A stretch of DNA of 64,000 nt, from the IMG/VR virus record IMGVR_UViG_3300022074_000002. The stretch is one strand, 5' to 3'. Source of the stretch: a virus. Both the position numbers and the translations under genes were made by a program. The notes under the pieces were generated by a model. It did no database searches, was not told the origin of the DNA, and worked only from the letters and a program-made list of their open reading frames with translations. Below, piece after piece: positions 29,301-37,684 of the stretch (the stretch's first letter is position 1; every line of letters begins with the position of its first letter).

Positions 29301-31425
29301 GGTATCACTATCTGGATTTGGATATACAGAAGCACCATCAGTTGTTGTCAAAGGCGTCGGAAATGGTGCTGGAGGATGCGAAATCGTGACATCTATAGAA
29401 ATAGATACACCAGCAGTTAGAATGGGTGTAGCGGTTGATACGGATGGTGTTACACAATCAACAACTCCTACACATTTTGGATTTGATTATCCAGTGTATC
29501 TACAAAATGATACAGAATATGCTCTTGTAATTGAGACAGATTCTATTGACTATGAGTTATGGTCATCTAAGTTGGGAGAAACCGACATAGCAACAAGTAC
29601 GGTCATCACAACTCAACCAGGTTTAGGTTCGGTTTACCGTTCTCAAAACACTGAGAGTTGGACAGAGGATATATTTGAAGATCTTAAGTTTACAATGTAT
29701 CGTGCAGAGTTCAATACATCTAGACCAGCAGAACTTTTAGTTAAGAATGAAAATCTTGGTTATGAACTTCTAGAAACAAATCCATTTGAAACAAATGCTA
29801 GTGCTAACACTAACTCAACTTCTAAGTTATTCAAAAATAACAACTCTATTGTTAAAGTAAATCATAGAGATCATGGATTTGAGACCACTGGAAATTCTTA
29901 TGTGTTCTACAGATCTGCTAAAGAAATTGGTGGTGTTACTGCATCTATTTTAAACAGCACATTATTCCAAGTAAGTAATTCTGGTGTTGACACATATAAT
30001 ATACAGTCGAGTTCTCAAGCTGCTGGTAATGCTATTGGTGGTGGAGATATGGTATATGCTACTTTCAATAGAAAGTTTGAAACATTATATCCACAAGTAT
30101 CATACTTGTCATTTACAGGCACAACTTTAAACACAGAAGTTAAGACAACTAATGTAGTTCCTGTAGATTCTGGATCTGTAAATTATACATCATACGCACA
30201 AGCAAGTTATGAGAAAACATTTTTAAATGAACCACATTACTTTACTAATCAAAAATTCATTGCATCCAGTATCAATGAAACTTTGAACAATGTATCTGAG
30301 TCACTTACTTATAAAATGTCTATATCGTCTAGTGTGTCTCATTTAAGTCCAATAATAGACTTGTCAAGTGCTACTGTGAAAACAGTATCAAACAGAATTG
30401 AAAATGCTACTGGACAAGAAGATAGATTTGGTAGAAGAGATCAAGTTATTGAATTCTATCCTGTATATCAATTTAATCTTGCAGGAAATGGTGGTACACA
30501 ATTACAAGCAGATCAAACAATTAAGGGTGTAACTACAAAAACAACTGGTACTATTGCTAGAGTCAATGGTCAGGTTGTATATGTTAGAGTTAAGACAAGT
30601 CAGTTCTTCCAAAAAGGAGAGACAGTAACACTAGGAAATCAATTGGGTCTTAGTGCAGTTACAGTAGATTCAAATCCATCACAGGTATTTGCTTCTATTG
30701 ATGATGCTGCTACTGTCGTGGCACGTAATCCAAACATATTAAATGAGACTTATGACAACGTGATTACTGGTAAAGCAACTATATGGAATAGTCAAACTCA
30801 ACAGTTAACTTTGAGAAATGATGTACAACCAATAAACGATGACTTTACTGGTAGAATAATTGATAATGTTCTCTTCAATAGAAATGCAGTTACTGGTGAT
30901 CAACTTGCTGATATATTCCGTGTTGGTGATTTTGTTAAGTATCCAAATCAACCAGACGAAGAGAATGCATATCTTGAGGTTGGAAAGGTAATGTACACTA
31001 ATGGTTTAGACTTTGTTGCTGAAGATACATCTAAGAATGGTTCTTCTATTGCTAAGTATGTAACTAAAGAAGTTACTATTACAAATCCAGCAACTGCGAT
31101 TGATGTACACTTACTAGCAAATGTCAAAGACATTGGTGACCTTACAGTGTTCTTTAAATATAAGAAAGCATCTAGTCAAGAGAATTTTGAAGATATTGAT
31201 TGGATATACTTTAACACATCAGGTGAACCAGATTCATTTGAAATCGCAACAAGTGAAAATACAATATCAGGTATTGTAGAGAAACAATCTTCTTATCAAG
31301 ATTTAAAATATAGTGTTTCAGATCTTCCAGAATATTCATCATTTGCTATTAAAATTGTGATGTCTGGATCAGATCCTGCATTTGTTCCCAAGGTTCAAGA
31401 TATAAGAGCAGTCGCTGCGTTCTAA
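23323..31425 (+). CDS. VrlC-like / DUF4815 virion structural protein (2700 aa)
   Basis: MPQKTNLNVSPYYEDF...LFRPG..IQGRELTQ, RRTFDESGDY, RLEYYTTLSILEQ and RFKSGFVVDNF motifs. Confidence 0.85.
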   Translation: MPQKTNLNVSPYYEDFDAKKNFYKILFRPGYSIQGRELTQVQSILQNQVESFGKYAFKQGELVIPGEVGLNTKLDYVKLSSVSEVAVNDGNNNIVYKKYDISQLVGEELLGLTSGVKGRIVSTKLATESTADTLFVNYVNSGSSNTETTFRQGETLEVVDGVNTPLLVVGTDGSVLPTSIQVTNPDTNEVTSLESPAMGFGSAVKVEEGIYFVNGYFVRCESELLVIDEYYNKPSAKVGFTIKEEIVTPEEDPSLYDNAIGSSNYTAPGGHRLKISLILKEFALNAITDKNFIQLLTVSRGVIQRKVESTDFSVLEQTLARRTFDESGDYVVDNFSVDIREWAQKDGNRGLYAVDEFGLYNGYNATESSRKMVASIGPGKAYIKGYEIVNKETKYLEIDKARESLSTDNVNLKSQGLPSFSVTNVFGSVPLNKEGSDLTAYPDVFLYNTFNDGSVGLNNTELSTDHRQTISRRGLNFTPDDGIKTITLQITNTTTLIGAVTDATFQSQFGELFYIKTRSDLGTPTAIGSFKTLSFATTNKPLINPSTSVQFLEITVFGPKNELEQLLLEYDLSDTEFKRKVFLTEANAQTNSGDEFGFVVDYSPTITPVIGKVKPNNFFLKQRGSGFNSDSDIILSRGRLAAGTNAYNTTFGFSYFDPQFFTKIVLESVPTGTNAFDEGKYVFGITSGAYGVVEGTASGVYSTGVLLYVKTLSGRFLPGETIRDEGGVTVRIAKENTISHFIIQNRGLGYADGATLLINGLEFDSSKIDLSRTTDGKLYKASVANRSAVGIEYAQPPAITVKNPEGSSAPNAAASIVPILYRNTVTTYTPQNVKSIGCAYGSGNANDFSADVVVDSQKYSEIKTVTDYTFFGSQGSTFIESTSFSADASTAVQQGDLVQFSDDDNNLVRSIVQYATEQEGAYKSRIYLDTALPGAVTNASIVRLRPKVDNAAKGTLLFSTGSKQVSQISSGGDDTKIKYYFRRDFVTTATTGGGTITFAAQLPFGTQRFAAYSEENYIITVLDPGDAPDIIKGDIIYVPTDVVDISSATDTASGLTSGSISLQLSSAYFGNIPSNGTFPKLKLTATLEVSNAKPRLKTVVKNKRITVTSAGDRVVPLRGTDYDTEVVEILSYADAFKLNYVYEGTSSQPPEIDTAGNIISGTDVTSRYTFDDGQRDTIYDVSRIVLKPGFEETTGQLVISFDYFEHSQGDFCTIDSYLHEAGVSEDEIPTFDSSVLGITELKNVIDFRPKVDSTAIIPGFLDTSTLERTEGSFSGAGAIVASSPAPDKNLEYTFSFSQVQYLDRIDGIFLDKKGNFVVNEGNSSLNPTKPDPIEDAVPLFYAYIPAFTKTSKDVRITPVDNKRYTMRDIGKLEKRIERLEYYTTLSILEQQALNMQVKDEIGLDRFKSGFVVDNFEAHKVGNLKSLDYRCAVDAQQSVLRPQSKEDSVGLVEVNTREDQRAVSGYKKTGHMVTLPYSPLSLLGNSFASSTVNPNPFVVLQYVGDSDVSPSIDQWYDSSIEPVVVDTNTDLFNIFLAKESVKESFSSLHNSFVINWVGATSSFTAINSLGNVNTQVANTSVQTASVGSSSNISPQNNEVGKGLQTKSVGDSIVSTSLSFFARSVPIKFKVGRMKPNTRLYVFLEGRDISRWVNPDLRYTGIAGNSLSAFNGSITTDEYGNASGLIILPAGTPPNENAIWGGDIDTVGYDASAESLNFTVGTLTFRFTSSATNAAKTDVDSYTEVKYYATGILPENPSSIVSTKPSVFKSNEGVQLIESNTDNPVRPNPLAQTFKVENLDGGCFVTGIDLYFSKKSTTIPIKTYITNVDAEKPAKNIVPGSEKTLTPNTFLKCFASGNMSILKGENVTGASSTASGPILKVFDKNNVELVATASGRYSLTNEQVYTVVLSNHNGKSFLPNEDLIIPSVTLANDTGGTDFVLAIAKNSGKLSGIRVTNPGLNYDSAILTIESPQLPGGSTATASIEVSGGKIYNAEVSLSGFGYTEAPSVVVKGVGNGAGGCEIVTSIEIDTPAVRMGVAVDTDGVTQSTTPTHFGFDYPVYLQNDTEYALVIETDSIDYELWSSKLGETDIATSTVITTQPGLGSVYRSQNTESWTEDIFEDLKFTMYRAEFNTSRPAELLVKNENLGYELLETNPFETNASANTNSTSKLFKNNNSIVKVNHRDHGFETTGNSYVFYRSAKEIGGVTASILNSTLFQVSNSGVDTYNIQSSSQAAGNAIGGGDMVYATFNRKFETLYPQVSYLSFTGTTLNTEVKTTNVVPVDSGSVNYTSYAQASYEKTFLNEPHYFTNQKFIASSINETLNNVSESLTYKMSISSSVSHLSPIIDLSSATVKTVSNRIENATGQEDRFGRRDQVIEFYPVYQFNLAGNGGTQLQADQTIKGVTTKTTGTIARVNGQVVYVRVKTSQFFQKGETVTLGNQLGLSAVTVDSNPSQVFASIDDAATVVARNPNILNETYDNVITGKATIWNSQTQQLTLRNDVQPINDDFTGRIIDNVLFNRNAVTGDQLADIFRVGDFVKYPNQPDEENAYLEVGKVMYTNGLDFVAEDTSKNGSSIAKYVTKEVTITNPATAIDVHLLANVKDIGDLTVFFKYKKASSQENFEDIDWIYFNTSGEPDSFEIATSENTISGIVEKQSSYQDLKYSVSDLPEYSSFAIKIVMSGSDPAFVPKVQDIRAVAAF

Positions 31426-31434
31426 TTTCCGCAT

Positions 31435-31641
31435 ATGAAATTTGTCAAAGTGTCTGGACATGATGGTCTAGTGAGAGACCAAAAGACTGGTGCAATCATT
31501 AATCTTGATGATTCTGCCATAGAGTCTAGACGCAAATCAAAACAACTAGGTTCCGCACTGGACGACATAAATAAGTTGAAGAATGAAGTCTCTGAACTTA
31601 AGTCCTTATTAAGAGAGTTAATCCAAAATGCCAGCAGTTAA
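31435..31641 (+). CDS. Small conserved protein (68 aa)
   Basis: VSGHDGLVRD..TGAIIN motif plus coiled-coil tail; usual neighbour of the VrlC-like gene. Confidence 0.8.
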   Translation: MKFVKVSGHDGLVRDQKTGAIINLDDSAIESRRKSKQLGSALDDINKLKNEVSELKSLLRELIQNASS

Positions 31642-34600
31642 TGTAGCACGTACTGATACCTTTGAACAGCAAAGGGTCAAAATAAATGATATAAGTACCC
31701 AAATATTTACAGTTACCGCTGGAGGTTCAGACCTTTCAACAGGTAATTTAAAACTAGGAGATGGTTTAGTATCTGCTCCTAGTTTAGCATTTGTAAATGA
31801 TGTCTCGCTTGGAATATACCGTAATGGTACAGGTGTACTAGGTTTTGCTAGTGCAGGAAAGAAATTATCAGATCTTGCTGCGACAAGTGTCAAATATTAT
31901 AGAGACTTTATAATTGAGAAAAACAGTCTTGATACATTAGGTATTTCAATTACTAATACTGGTTCTAACTATGATGGAGGAACTTACTCTGAAATTCCTG
32001 TCATAGGTGGTACTGGTGATGGTGCAACTATAGGTGCAACTATAGATGGATTTGGTGGAAGTATAACTCAAGCAGGTAGTGCATATACACCTGGCGTTTA
32101 CTTAAACATTCCTGTTGTTAGTAATGGTAGTGGTACTGGTGCTACTATTGATTTCACTGTTGATCAGATATCTGGTGCAATTACAAACGGTGGTATTAAC
32201 TACTATCCTGGATCATATACAAACCTCAATGTAACAGGTGGTAGTGGTACACAGATGACTGCTGATGTGGTTGTATCTTCTTTTGCTGCTACTGTTACAT
32301 CTGGTTCAAACTATCCTAGTGGTATATTCAAAAGTATTCCATTAACAGGTGGTAATGGAACTGGTATGTTGGTTAACCTCAACGTACAGAATGGTGGTGT
32401 ACAACCTTTTGGTGGAGTTACCAGTAGTGAATTTGTATCTGTTACATCAAACTATACTGTAGGTGATGTATTAACAGGATCTATTCCTCTTGCAGGAACT
32501 CAAACATTTATAGTTAAATCTTCTTTAGGTAACAAATATTTCATTGATGGATTTTTAGGTGGAGATTTTAACCTACTAAAAGGAAAAACATATGTCTTTG
32601 ATTGTAGTGATAGTACAAACAATCAACACCCAATTTTCATATCTACTACACAAGATGATGCTAACACTATTCTTGATGCTGCAGATGGTGTTACATATGA
32701 ATTAGATGGATCTACTGTAACTGGTGCACAATTTCTTGCTGGTTACTTTGCTGCAGCAACAAAAGTAATAACATTTGCAGTCCCATCTAACCCAAATAAT
32801 TTAATTGTATATTATGGATGTAGTGTTCACCCACTTCAAGGTGGTTCATTAACTCTTACTGATCCAAATTCACAACAGAATGGATTCCAATTAGTTGTTG
32901 ATACTATTGGTGGTACAGTATCTGAATTTATTGTTAACGCACCTGGCGATGGAAGTTATGCAGTAGGTGATGTAATTAGTATTGCTGCTGCAGATTTATA
33001 TGATGTAAACGGTGCAGATGCTGCAACATTAGGTTCTGGTTTACAGATTACTCTTGGTGGTAACTTTGGTGCGATTGCTGCATTAGATCAGATATCTGAT
33101 TTTGGTAGTGGTTATACAACTGGTGATCTATTAACTCTTGCTACTGCAGTCAATAATGTTACAACATATGCTAGAGGAGAACTTTCGTTTTTAGGTGTTA
33201 CATTTAACTCTAACGCTGGTGTAACAGCAATACAATATAGTGGTATTGCAGCGGGTGGTGCTAATAATTATAATAATATTTTAGTTCAAAACTTAACTTC
33301 TGCTGGTTCTGGATTGCGTGTTAATGTCGAGGTTATATTTGCAGGAGGAAATAATTCATATAATGCTGTAACCATTGTTGCAGCGGGTCAGGGATACTTA
33401 CCAGGCGATACACTGTATATACCAGGTAATCAACTTGGTGGTGCTGCTGGTGTTCAACCAGGTTCTGGTGGTAATGACCTTGCAATTAGTGTTGATACTA
33501 TTGAGGCAGGAAGTCCACAAGTTACTGTTGCTAGTACAACAGGTGTTGAAGTTGGAGATAGTGTTGAACTAATTCAGAATATTAATAACACAGCACAAAT
33601 TCCTGCTAATGTTACTGTCGCTAGTGTTGACAGTGCAACACAGTTTACGATGTCTGCAGGACCTACACAACCAGGTCAGGCAGATATAAAAGTTGTTAAC
33701 CAAAATCAAACTTACCTAACAGTTGCAGATAGTTCTAATATCGTTGCTGGAATGGTTGTAGTAAAAGTAAGTGGTAATGGTGAAATTATTGCTGGATCTA
33801 CAGTTACACAAATTGTAGATGCTACAACTGTAGAGTTATCAATTCTACCAACCATAGCTGGTGCACTGGTTGTTAATTTTGAACCTGAGTATGGTGGTGG
33901 TAGTGGATTTGAGTATACTGTTGGAACTCTAGGTTTTGCTAGTGAAGTAACCATAGTAGATGGTGGTAATGGTTATACAATAGGAGATGTCTTAAATGTA
34001 AGTTCATTTGATCTTGTACAACCAGAAGTATATGCTGTCACTAATTTACAGGTTGATAAGATTGTATTTACAAGCACCTCTCTTCCAGCTAATACATTTA
34101 GTGTAGGAGATTTGGTTAGAGATGCTGGTGGTGGAATACTTGCAAGTAATATTACAACTTCAACAACTGTAGGTGGTGCTGCAAATCAAAACTATACTGG
34201 AGTGGCACCTAGTCAAACATCTGGAAATGGTAGTAGTGCAACGTTTGATGTTACTAGAGATGCGGTGGGTGATGTATTATCTGCAACTGTTACCACAGGA
34301 TCTGAAGGTTACTTCTATGCGGTGGGTGATACAGTTACACTACCAGGTGCATCTGTTGGTGGATCAACTCCTGCTGACAACATTACGTTATCAATTTCAG
34401 CAATTACTTCTGCTGGTACTCCAGTTAAAATTCAGAAAGTTAAGACCAATGCTAATAATAATATTTCCTATATTATTTGTGATACATTTGGTTTCCAAGA
34501 TGGGTTTACTCTTGTAAGAGATGCTGCACCAACAGTAGCATATGATATTAACACTGCTGTTACTGAATATCGTTACTTTTTAGATCTTAATGATGGTAAC

Positions 34601-37129
34601 GGAGCAGTAATGACTCCTTCTTGGACAGTGTATGCTGGTAACAGTTATACGTTTGATTTAAGTGATAACACAAATGGTAGTCATGTATTTGCTTTATCTC
34701 AATTCCCTGATGGTAGATGGGCACCTAGTAGAGTTGAAAATTTAAGTACAACATTAAGTGCTAATACACCAACTATTACAGTCGCTTCGACAACTGGTAT
34801 TCAAGCAGGATTTACTGTTGAGAAAGTATCTGGAGATGGTATTATTCCTGATGGTACAACTGTACTATCAGTCGTCAACGGAACCACACTTACGTTAAGT
34901 GCAAACCCAACTACTGCTGGAGCAGTTGTATTTAATTTCTTTGGTGCAACATACACAAATGGTGTAACTGTAGACGGAACAAATCATACAATTAAGATTG
35001 CTGATGATACACCTAATCTTTACTATTTCTGTGCTACAGAAAATGTAGACCATGTTAACGAGGGTGGTGATGATAATGATGAAGCATTAATTACTGTCAA
35101 CACAAACAACCCTAAGACATTTGGTAGTGGTCTAGAGATAACAGTTACTGATGTTGTTGTAGAAGAAGTTGTAAAAGGTAAAGTAGATGATGGTGAATTT
35201 AGTGTACAAAAATTAGTAACACCAGACGCAGATATAGTTGCTGCTGCGATTGCAAATGCGACTGTTAGTGCAACTGCAACTCTTGCTGCCACTGTAACGA
35301 GTTCTATTACTGCGGTTACAAATGAAAACCTATCTCTTGCGGTTACAGATCCATTAACAAATAGTGTTGCTATAGATGCTGCTGGTGTTAATGTAGGGTC
35401 TACAATTCAAATTGCAGCGACGAGTGGTAATATTACAGGATCTGGAGAGTTAAAAGGTGCTTCTGTAAGTGTTGGTGATTATCTTAAATTATTAAGTTCT
35501 AATAATAGTCTATCATCTTTGGGTGGATATGACGTTATAGTTGCTCCTGACACAGGAAGAATTGCTGACGTCTTAACTAATACTGCTCTTGCTATTCCTG
35601 TTGGTAACACAGCAGAAAGACCTACTGCTGGTATTGTAAAAGATGGTTGTATCAGATATAACACAGATACAAATCAGTATGAAGGATATAGTACTAACTC
35701 TTTATCATGGTCATCTTTGGGAGGTGTAAGAGACTTAGATGGAAATACTACAATATTAGCAGAAGAAACTGTTGGTGCCAATGATAATACTCTATGGTTT
35801 ATTAACGATAATATTAATACAATTAGAGTCACACCAAATCATCTTGAGTTTGTAAATATGAAGAAGGTACGTTCTGTAAGCGTATCTGCTCCTGCATATA
35901 CAAATTGGAATGCAAATACTCCTGTAACGTTAGGTGAATATGTTAAGTACAAAAATAACTTATATGAAGTAACAGGTGCTGGTACTACCGCTACAAGTGG
36001 TAATGAACCAGTTCACACATCTGGTGCATTACAAAATGGTTCTGCAGAACTTACATATTCACAATTAGCGGTTGCTCCTCTAACATTTGAAGATATTGAG
36101 GAATTAAGAATAGGACCTCTAGGAGATCTTCCATTAAGTATTAATGGTGACTTAAGATTATTTGACAATGTAATTAATACAGACGTTAGTGATTTATTAC
36201 TTAGACCTAACTCTGGTAAGAGAGTTATTATTGATGCTGAAACATCTCTTGTAATTCCAAATGGATCTACTGCTCAGAGAGGAACAGCTGAGCAAGGATC
36301 TATCAGATACAATACTACAACTCTAACTTACGAAGGTTATGATGGAACTAACTGGGGTTCACTTGGTGGAGTAAAAGACGTTGATCAAAACACTTATATA
36401 ATTCCAGAATTATCTGCTGGATCAAATGAAAACATCTTGTATTTCTACAATGATGGAAGTAATACAATGCAGTTAACAACAACTGCACTTGACTTCTTCT
36501 CAGTAGATACAATTAGATCTCAGACAAGTCAACAGTTTGAAATTACTGCAAACTTGATGACATTTAATAATGCAGATACTACATTTGATAATACAAATGC
36601 ACTAAGTACATTCCTACATACTTCAAAACAGTATTTTGATCTTGGTGTTTCTACAGGTGTTTATGTAGATCCTATTTTAAGATTGGATGATCAAGGTGAT
36701 GTGTATTTAAATACTGGTTTCGGAACTGGTAGTTATAATGGTGTTAAAGTTTTTGATGGAGATCTAAAAGAGTTTGAACTTGCTGATGTTAAAATCTTAT
36801 CAGAGGTTATAACATTAACTAAAGGATCATCAAACAACGGTGGATCTAACATATATTCTGTTGCAGCTGCTAAAGGTGCGAAGGTAGTTGTTGTTGCAGA
36901 AAACTTACAAGATGGTGAAAAAGAGTTTATTGAATTTGGTGTCACAGATGATGGCACAGATATATTCCATACCGAGTATGGAAACTTGAGAACAGATTAT
37001 CAACTCATTATTCCTTCGTTTGAATTTACCGCTGGTAATGAAGCAAGGTTAAATATATTGTTAGGAGCAAATGTTCCTGCTACTAACTCAGTGAAGATTA
37101 CCTTCTCATCAACAATCACTAAGAAATAA
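31628..37129 (+). CDS. Virion fibre-like structural protein (1833 aa)
   Basis: VARTDTFEQQRVKIN N-terminus; G/T/S-rich beta repeats; two cupredoxin-like modules; two IP.G.TA.R...G.IRYNT modules. Confidence 0.8.
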   Translation: MPAVNVARTDTFEQQRVKINDISTQIFTVTAGGSDLSTGNLKLGDGLVSAPSLAFVNDVSLGIYRNGTGVLGFASAGKKLSDLAATSVKYYRDFIIEKNSLDTLGISITNTGSNYDGGTYSEIPVIGGTGDGATIGATIDGFGGSITQAGSAYTPGVYLNIPVVSNGSGTGATIDFTVDQISGAITNGGINYYPGSYTNLNVTGGSGTQMTADVVVSSFAATVTSGSNYPSGIFKSIPLTGGNGTGMLVNLNVQNGGVQPFGGVTSSEFVSVTSNYTVGDVLTGSIPLAGTQTFIVKSSLGNKYFIDGFLGGDFNLLKGKTYVFDCSDSTNNQHPIFISTTQDDANTILDAADGVTYELDGSTVTGAQFLAGYFAAATKVITFAVPSNPNNLIVYYGCSVHPLQGGSLTLTDPNSQQNGFQLVVDTIGGTVSEFIVNAPGDGSYAVGDVISIAAADLYDVNGADAATLGSGLQITLGGNFGAIAALDQISDFGSGYTTGDLLTLATAVNNVTTYARGELSFLGVTFNSNAGVTAIQYSGIAAGGANNYNNILVQNLTSAGSGLRVNVEVIFAGGNNSYNAVTIVAAGQGYLPGDTLYIPGNQLGGAAGVQPGSGGNDLAISVDTIEAGSPQVTVASTTGVEVGDSVELIQNINNTAQIPANVTVASVDSATQFTMSAGPTQPGQADIKVVNQNQTYLTVADSSNIVAGMVVVKVSGNGEIIAGSTVTQIVDATTVELSILPTIAGALVVNFEPEYGGGSGFEYTVGTLGFASEVTIVDGGNGYTIGDVLNVSSFDLVQPEVYAVTNLQVDKIVFTSTSLPANTFSVGDLVRDAGGGILASNITTSTTVGGAANQNYTGVAPSQTSGNGSSATFDVTRDAVGDVLSATVTTGSEGYFYAVGDTVTLPGASVGGSTPADNITLSISAITSAGTPVKIQKVKTNANNNISYIICDTFGFQDGFTLVRDAAPTVAYDINTAVTEYRYFLDLNDGNGAVMTPSWTVYAGNSYTFDLSDNTNGSHVFALSQFPDGRWAPSRVENLSTTLSANTPTITVASTTGIQAGFTVEKVSGDGIIPDGTTVLSVVNGTTLTLSANPTTAGAVVFNFFGATYTNGVTVDGTNHTIKIADDTPNLYYFCATENVDHVNEGGDDNDEALITVNTNNPKTFGSGLEITVTDVVVEEVVKGKVDDGEFSVQKLVTPDADIVAAAIANATVSATATLAATVTSSITAVTNENLSLAVTDPLTNSVAIDAAGVNVGSTIQIAATSGNITGSGELKGASVSVGDYLKLLSSNNSLSSLGGYDVIVAPDTGRIADVLTNTALAIPVGNTAERPTAGIVKDGCIRYNTDTNQYEGYSTNSLSWSSLGGVRDLDGNTTILAEETVGANDNTLWFINDNINTIRVTPNHLEFVNMKKVRSVSVSAPAYTNWNANTPVTLGEYVKYKNNLYEVTGAGTTATSGNEPVHTSGALQNGSAELTYSQLAVAPLTFEDIEELRIGPLGDLPLSINGDLRLFDNVINTDVSDLLLRPNSGKRVIIDAETSLVIPNGSTAQRGTAEQGSIRYNTTTLTYEGYDGTNWGSLGGVKDVDQNTYIIPELSAGSNENILYFYNDGSNTMQLTTTALDFFSVDTIRSQTSQQFEITANLMTFNNADTTFDNTNALSTFLHTSKQYFDLGVSTGVYVDPILRLDDQGDVYLNTGFGTGSYNGVKVFDGDLKEFELADVKILSEVITLTKGSSNNGGSNIYSVAAAKGAKVVVVAENLQDGEKEFIEFGVTDDGTDIFHTEYGNLRTDYQLIIPSFEFTAGNEARLNILLGANVPATNSVKITFSSTITKK

Positions 37130-37131
37130 AA

Positions 37132-37632
37132 ATGGCAACTACTATAGACAAGTTTGATTCAACTGGTGGTTTTTCTATTGCTAGAACCTCAGTTATTGAT
37201 GAACTTAGGAATGGTAAAGATTTCAACACACTTGAAATTAAAAATTCACAATACGCAGATAGCAATACAACAACATATATTTTGAGAGGTGTTAATACTG
37301 CATCTCTGGCATTGGATGGTGTAGGTACACAAATTCCTATCGCTAATAATACTATGAATTTTGTGACTGGTCATATTATCGCAGTTAATGACACTGGAGT
37401 TGTTTTCACTAACAAACTAGAGTCTGCAGTCTATTGCGATGGTAGTGGCAACGTTTCTGTTATGTCTACAATGGAGACTGTGATTAAAGATGACATTCCC
37501 TCAGGTCAAACTTGGTCTATCGTTCCCGTAGGTGCTTCAAACAGATTTTCATACTCAACAGTTAGAGCTGGTACTACGTCCACAATTAAATGGGCAGCAT
37601 CTACCAGAGTTACTAGTCTAGCTTGGGTTTGA
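37132..37632 (+). CDS. Virion structural protein (166 aa)
   Basis: ORF track; beta-rich; between two fibre genes. Confidence 0.7.
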   Translation: MATTIDKFDSTGGFSIARTSVIDELRNGKDFNTLEIKNSQYADSNTTTYILRGVNTASLALDGVGTQIPIANNTMNFVTGHIIAVNDTGVVFTNKLESAVYCDGSGNVSVMSTMETVIKDDIPSGQTWSIVPVGASNRFSYSTVRAGTTSTIKWAASTRVTSLAWV

Positions 37633-37637
37633 TGATG

Positions 37638-37644
37638 CTAAATA
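37638..37644 (+). promoter_or_regulatory. T4-type late promoter
   Basis: CTAAATA upstream of 37685. Confidence 0.65.
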
Positions 37645-37684
37645 TAACTGAGGATAATACAGGTTCTGGGAGTTAAACTGCGAC

